A DNA stretch of 64,000 bases from Thermoplasmatota archaeon (GTDB lineage: Archaea; Thermoplasmatota; Thermoplasmata; UBA10834). The first letter of the stretch is position 1. Every line of letters starts with the position of its first letter. This document shows, in pieces, positions 62,632 through 64,000 of this stretch. The DNA lies in contig JAHIRF010000005.1 of the NCBI GenBank assembly GCA_018818785.1, forward strand, positions 207,093 through 271,092, written 5' to 3'. The notes beneath the pieces were generated by a model. It worked only from the letters and a program-made list of their open reading frames with translations. It was not told the DNA's origin and did no database searches. Position numbers and translations under genes: made by a program.

Positions 62632-64000
62632 TCACGGGTGTATCAGTAGCTTAGTTTTTGTTCGATACGAGACAAGTCCAATCTTCTTGAGGTCACTCAT
62701 GAATCTCAAAGCATGCTCATGCGAGGTCGGTCCGAATTCAGCCGAGACGATGTCCATTATCTCTTGCAGGCTCCTCTTTCCATCGATGAGATTCACCATG
62801 TCGTAGGTCTTCCTTGAGAAGTCGTGGTCGTCTTTTTCGACATCACGATGCCATTGGAAATCGTCGCCGAGTTCATCCGACATATAATCTGGATCGATCG
62901 TGCCTTTGAACAGTCTCTTGGGTATGATGACTCTGGCTTCGGCTTCCGCCTTCGTCTCCTTCAATGCCTTCGGAATCATCACATTCTTGTCGGCTGAGAT
63001 CGTATCGATGATGTGTTCGAGCCTCAGACTCTCTCTCTCGCCATGCGCCTCGATGTCGTTCACCTGCTCGTCGACGAAATCGCGCAAGGATTCGGAACCG
63101 CAGAGTCTGCTCACGGACCTTATTGCGCTTGCTTCCCGGGATGTGATCCGTCGAATGCACATCCGATGATGTCTGATGAGTCTTGCCAGCTCTTCCCCGG
63201 CCTTCTTTGTCTGCTTCGGCTCCTCGATTTTCGCGAATAGCTCACCCGACGCGTTGCGCACACGGTCCGTTACTCTCTTCACACCTTCAGTGCAGGTGTC
63301 TGCAGCCAACTCCATCGCCGTGCGCTCGCCAGCATTGGCCACTGTGAGCACGGACAGTGCAGCGACGAATCCGACTCTTCTCAGACTGTCCTCGCTCACC
63401 TTGTCCATCGTGTCCATGCTGGTGTGATAGAACTTGTCCGGCCATTGTGTCACGCTCACACATGGAACGCCGGTCGTCGATTCGCCGAATTCGGAATGGT
63501 CGCTCCCTCCGGTATATGGAGTGCGTGCATATCTGAAATTGCTGATCATTCCGAGCTTGACTCTGTCGTCATACGCATCATTCGCCCGCCTCATCGCGGA
63601 GAAGACGAGGTCGTTCAGATATGACGGTATCGAATCCGGTGTACAATCCAGACAGAGAGTGGATCCGCACAACTCTTGGTTCTCGCCCACCATGTCCAGG
63701 TTAATCCCTGCTAGCAGCCTTTCGCGGATCTCTGGATGTGTAGATAGGAGCGCCACGGAACCAACCGTCTCGGGCAACCACATGAATCGGATGGTCCTCA
63801 CGGGCCGTTTCATCTTCCCTGACCTGATGAGCGACATGAGGGTGCGTGCGATCTCCATGAGCAACCCGCAACCTGATGCGTTATCGTTCGCTCCGGGCTT
63901 CGGATGACAGAGATGTGAGACCAGGAGTATCTCTTCGTCGGGTTTCTCGGATCCCTTTATCGATGCTGTAAGGATCTCGTACTTTCCGGGCATCAGTTTC
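62632..64000 (-). CDS. Aminopeptidase-like (M28/DUF4910-type, COG4310-like) protein with a C-terminal winged-helix domain; the 5' end probably lies right of the window
   Basis: HLCHPKPGANDNASGCGLLMEIARTL, LPETVGS and GGSDHSEF metal-site-like motifs. C-terminal DGKRSLQEIMDIVSAEFG...FMSDLKKIGLV. The frame stays open upstream of the listed ATG (63993) to the window edge. Confidence 0.7.
   Translation of the reverse strand, partial: KLMPGKYEILTASIKGSEKPDEEILLVSHLCHPKPGANDNASGCGLLMEIARTLMSLIRSGKMKRPVRTIRFMWLPETVGSVALLSTHPEIRERLLAGINLDMVGENQELCGSTLCLDCTPDSIPSYLNDLVFSAMRRANDAYDDRVKLGMISNFRYARTPYTGGSDHSEFGESTTGVPCVSVTQWPDKFYHTSMDTMDKVSEDSLRRVGFVAALSVLTVANAGERTAMELAADTCTEGVKRVTDRVRNASGELFAKIEEPKQTKKAGEELARLIRHHRMCIRRITSREASAIRSVSRLCGSESLRDFVDEQVNDIEAHGERESLRLEHIIDTISADKNVMIPKALKETKAEAEARVIIPKRLFKGTIDPDYMSDELGDDFQWHRDVEKDDHDFSRKTYDMVNLIDGKRSLQEIMDIVSAEFGPTSHEHALRFMSDLKKIGLVSYRTKTKLLIHP

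Noticed and set aside
1-64000. Pyrrolysine/amber recoding, prompted by the MttB-family gene and the heavy TGA bias.
   Set aside because: I read the stops of about 60 CDS by eye. Five are TAG: 42301, 43167, 49706, 56539 and 57300. Seven are TAA and the rest are TGA, so TAG is used as an ordinary stop. No gene in the window is split by an in-frame TAG, and no pyl genes are present. The question cannot be settled from this window.
1-64000. CRISPR arrays, rRNA genes, IS elements and long tandem repeats.
   Set aside because: I scanned the intergenic regions by eye. I saw no regularly spaced short direct repeats, no rRNA-like segments and no transposase-like ORFs. A computational repeat finder would be needed to exclude short or degenerate arrays.

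Overview
This window reads as an archaeal chromosome segment. The markers are GatD/GatE, AglB/STT3, ribosomal protein S17e, IorAB, FtsZ, an NFACT/Rqc2 homologue, and TATA-like boxes about 25-35 nt upstream of many start codons. I cannot assign a taxon from the sequence alone. I call about 60 protein genes and 4 tRNAs: Arg-GCG, Thr-GGT, Val-TAC and Arg-TCG. I saw no rRNA, CRISPR array, transposase or integrase. Packing is tight, with many ATGA-type start/stop overlaps, and TGA is by far the most common stop codon.

Most genes are housekeeping: purD, gatDE, pcm, thyX, nfo, ftsZ, iorAB, an aconitase-type dehydratase pair, thioredoxin and two ABC systems.

Six things stand out:
1. A co-directional minus-strand block of about 9.4 kb (35899-45267). 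It joins Fe(II) uptake (DtxR/FeoA regulator plus FeoB, with an iron-box-like operator) to a tightly overlapped set of genes. These are two MinD-like ATPases with ferredoxin inserts, two NifX-like proteins, an IscU-like scaffold, Mrp/ApbC, a DsrE-like protein, a DUF1847-like protein, two regulators, and small Cys-rich proteins that the ORF track misses. I read it as a candidate uncharacterised metallocluster assembly system.
2. An islet of unrecognisable genes with loose packing and somewhat lower GC, just after tRNA-Arg(TCG) (about 51.8-56.5 kb). It holds two paralogous 40-codon minus-strand micro-ORFs whose similarity begins and ends at their start and stop codons.
3. A giant AglB (at least 1939 aa) fused to about 1250 aa of beta-sandwich repeats. 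A sequon-rich CARDB-like protein is translationally coupled to it.
4. A CoA-transferase/GNAT fusion and an orphan MttB-family methyltransferase with no in-frame TAG.
5. A 1327-aa secreted S8 protease with TPPII-like spacing of the catalytic residues.
6. A surface protein with a PEF-CTERM-like tail.

All function calls rest on motifs I recognise by eye. No database search was run.
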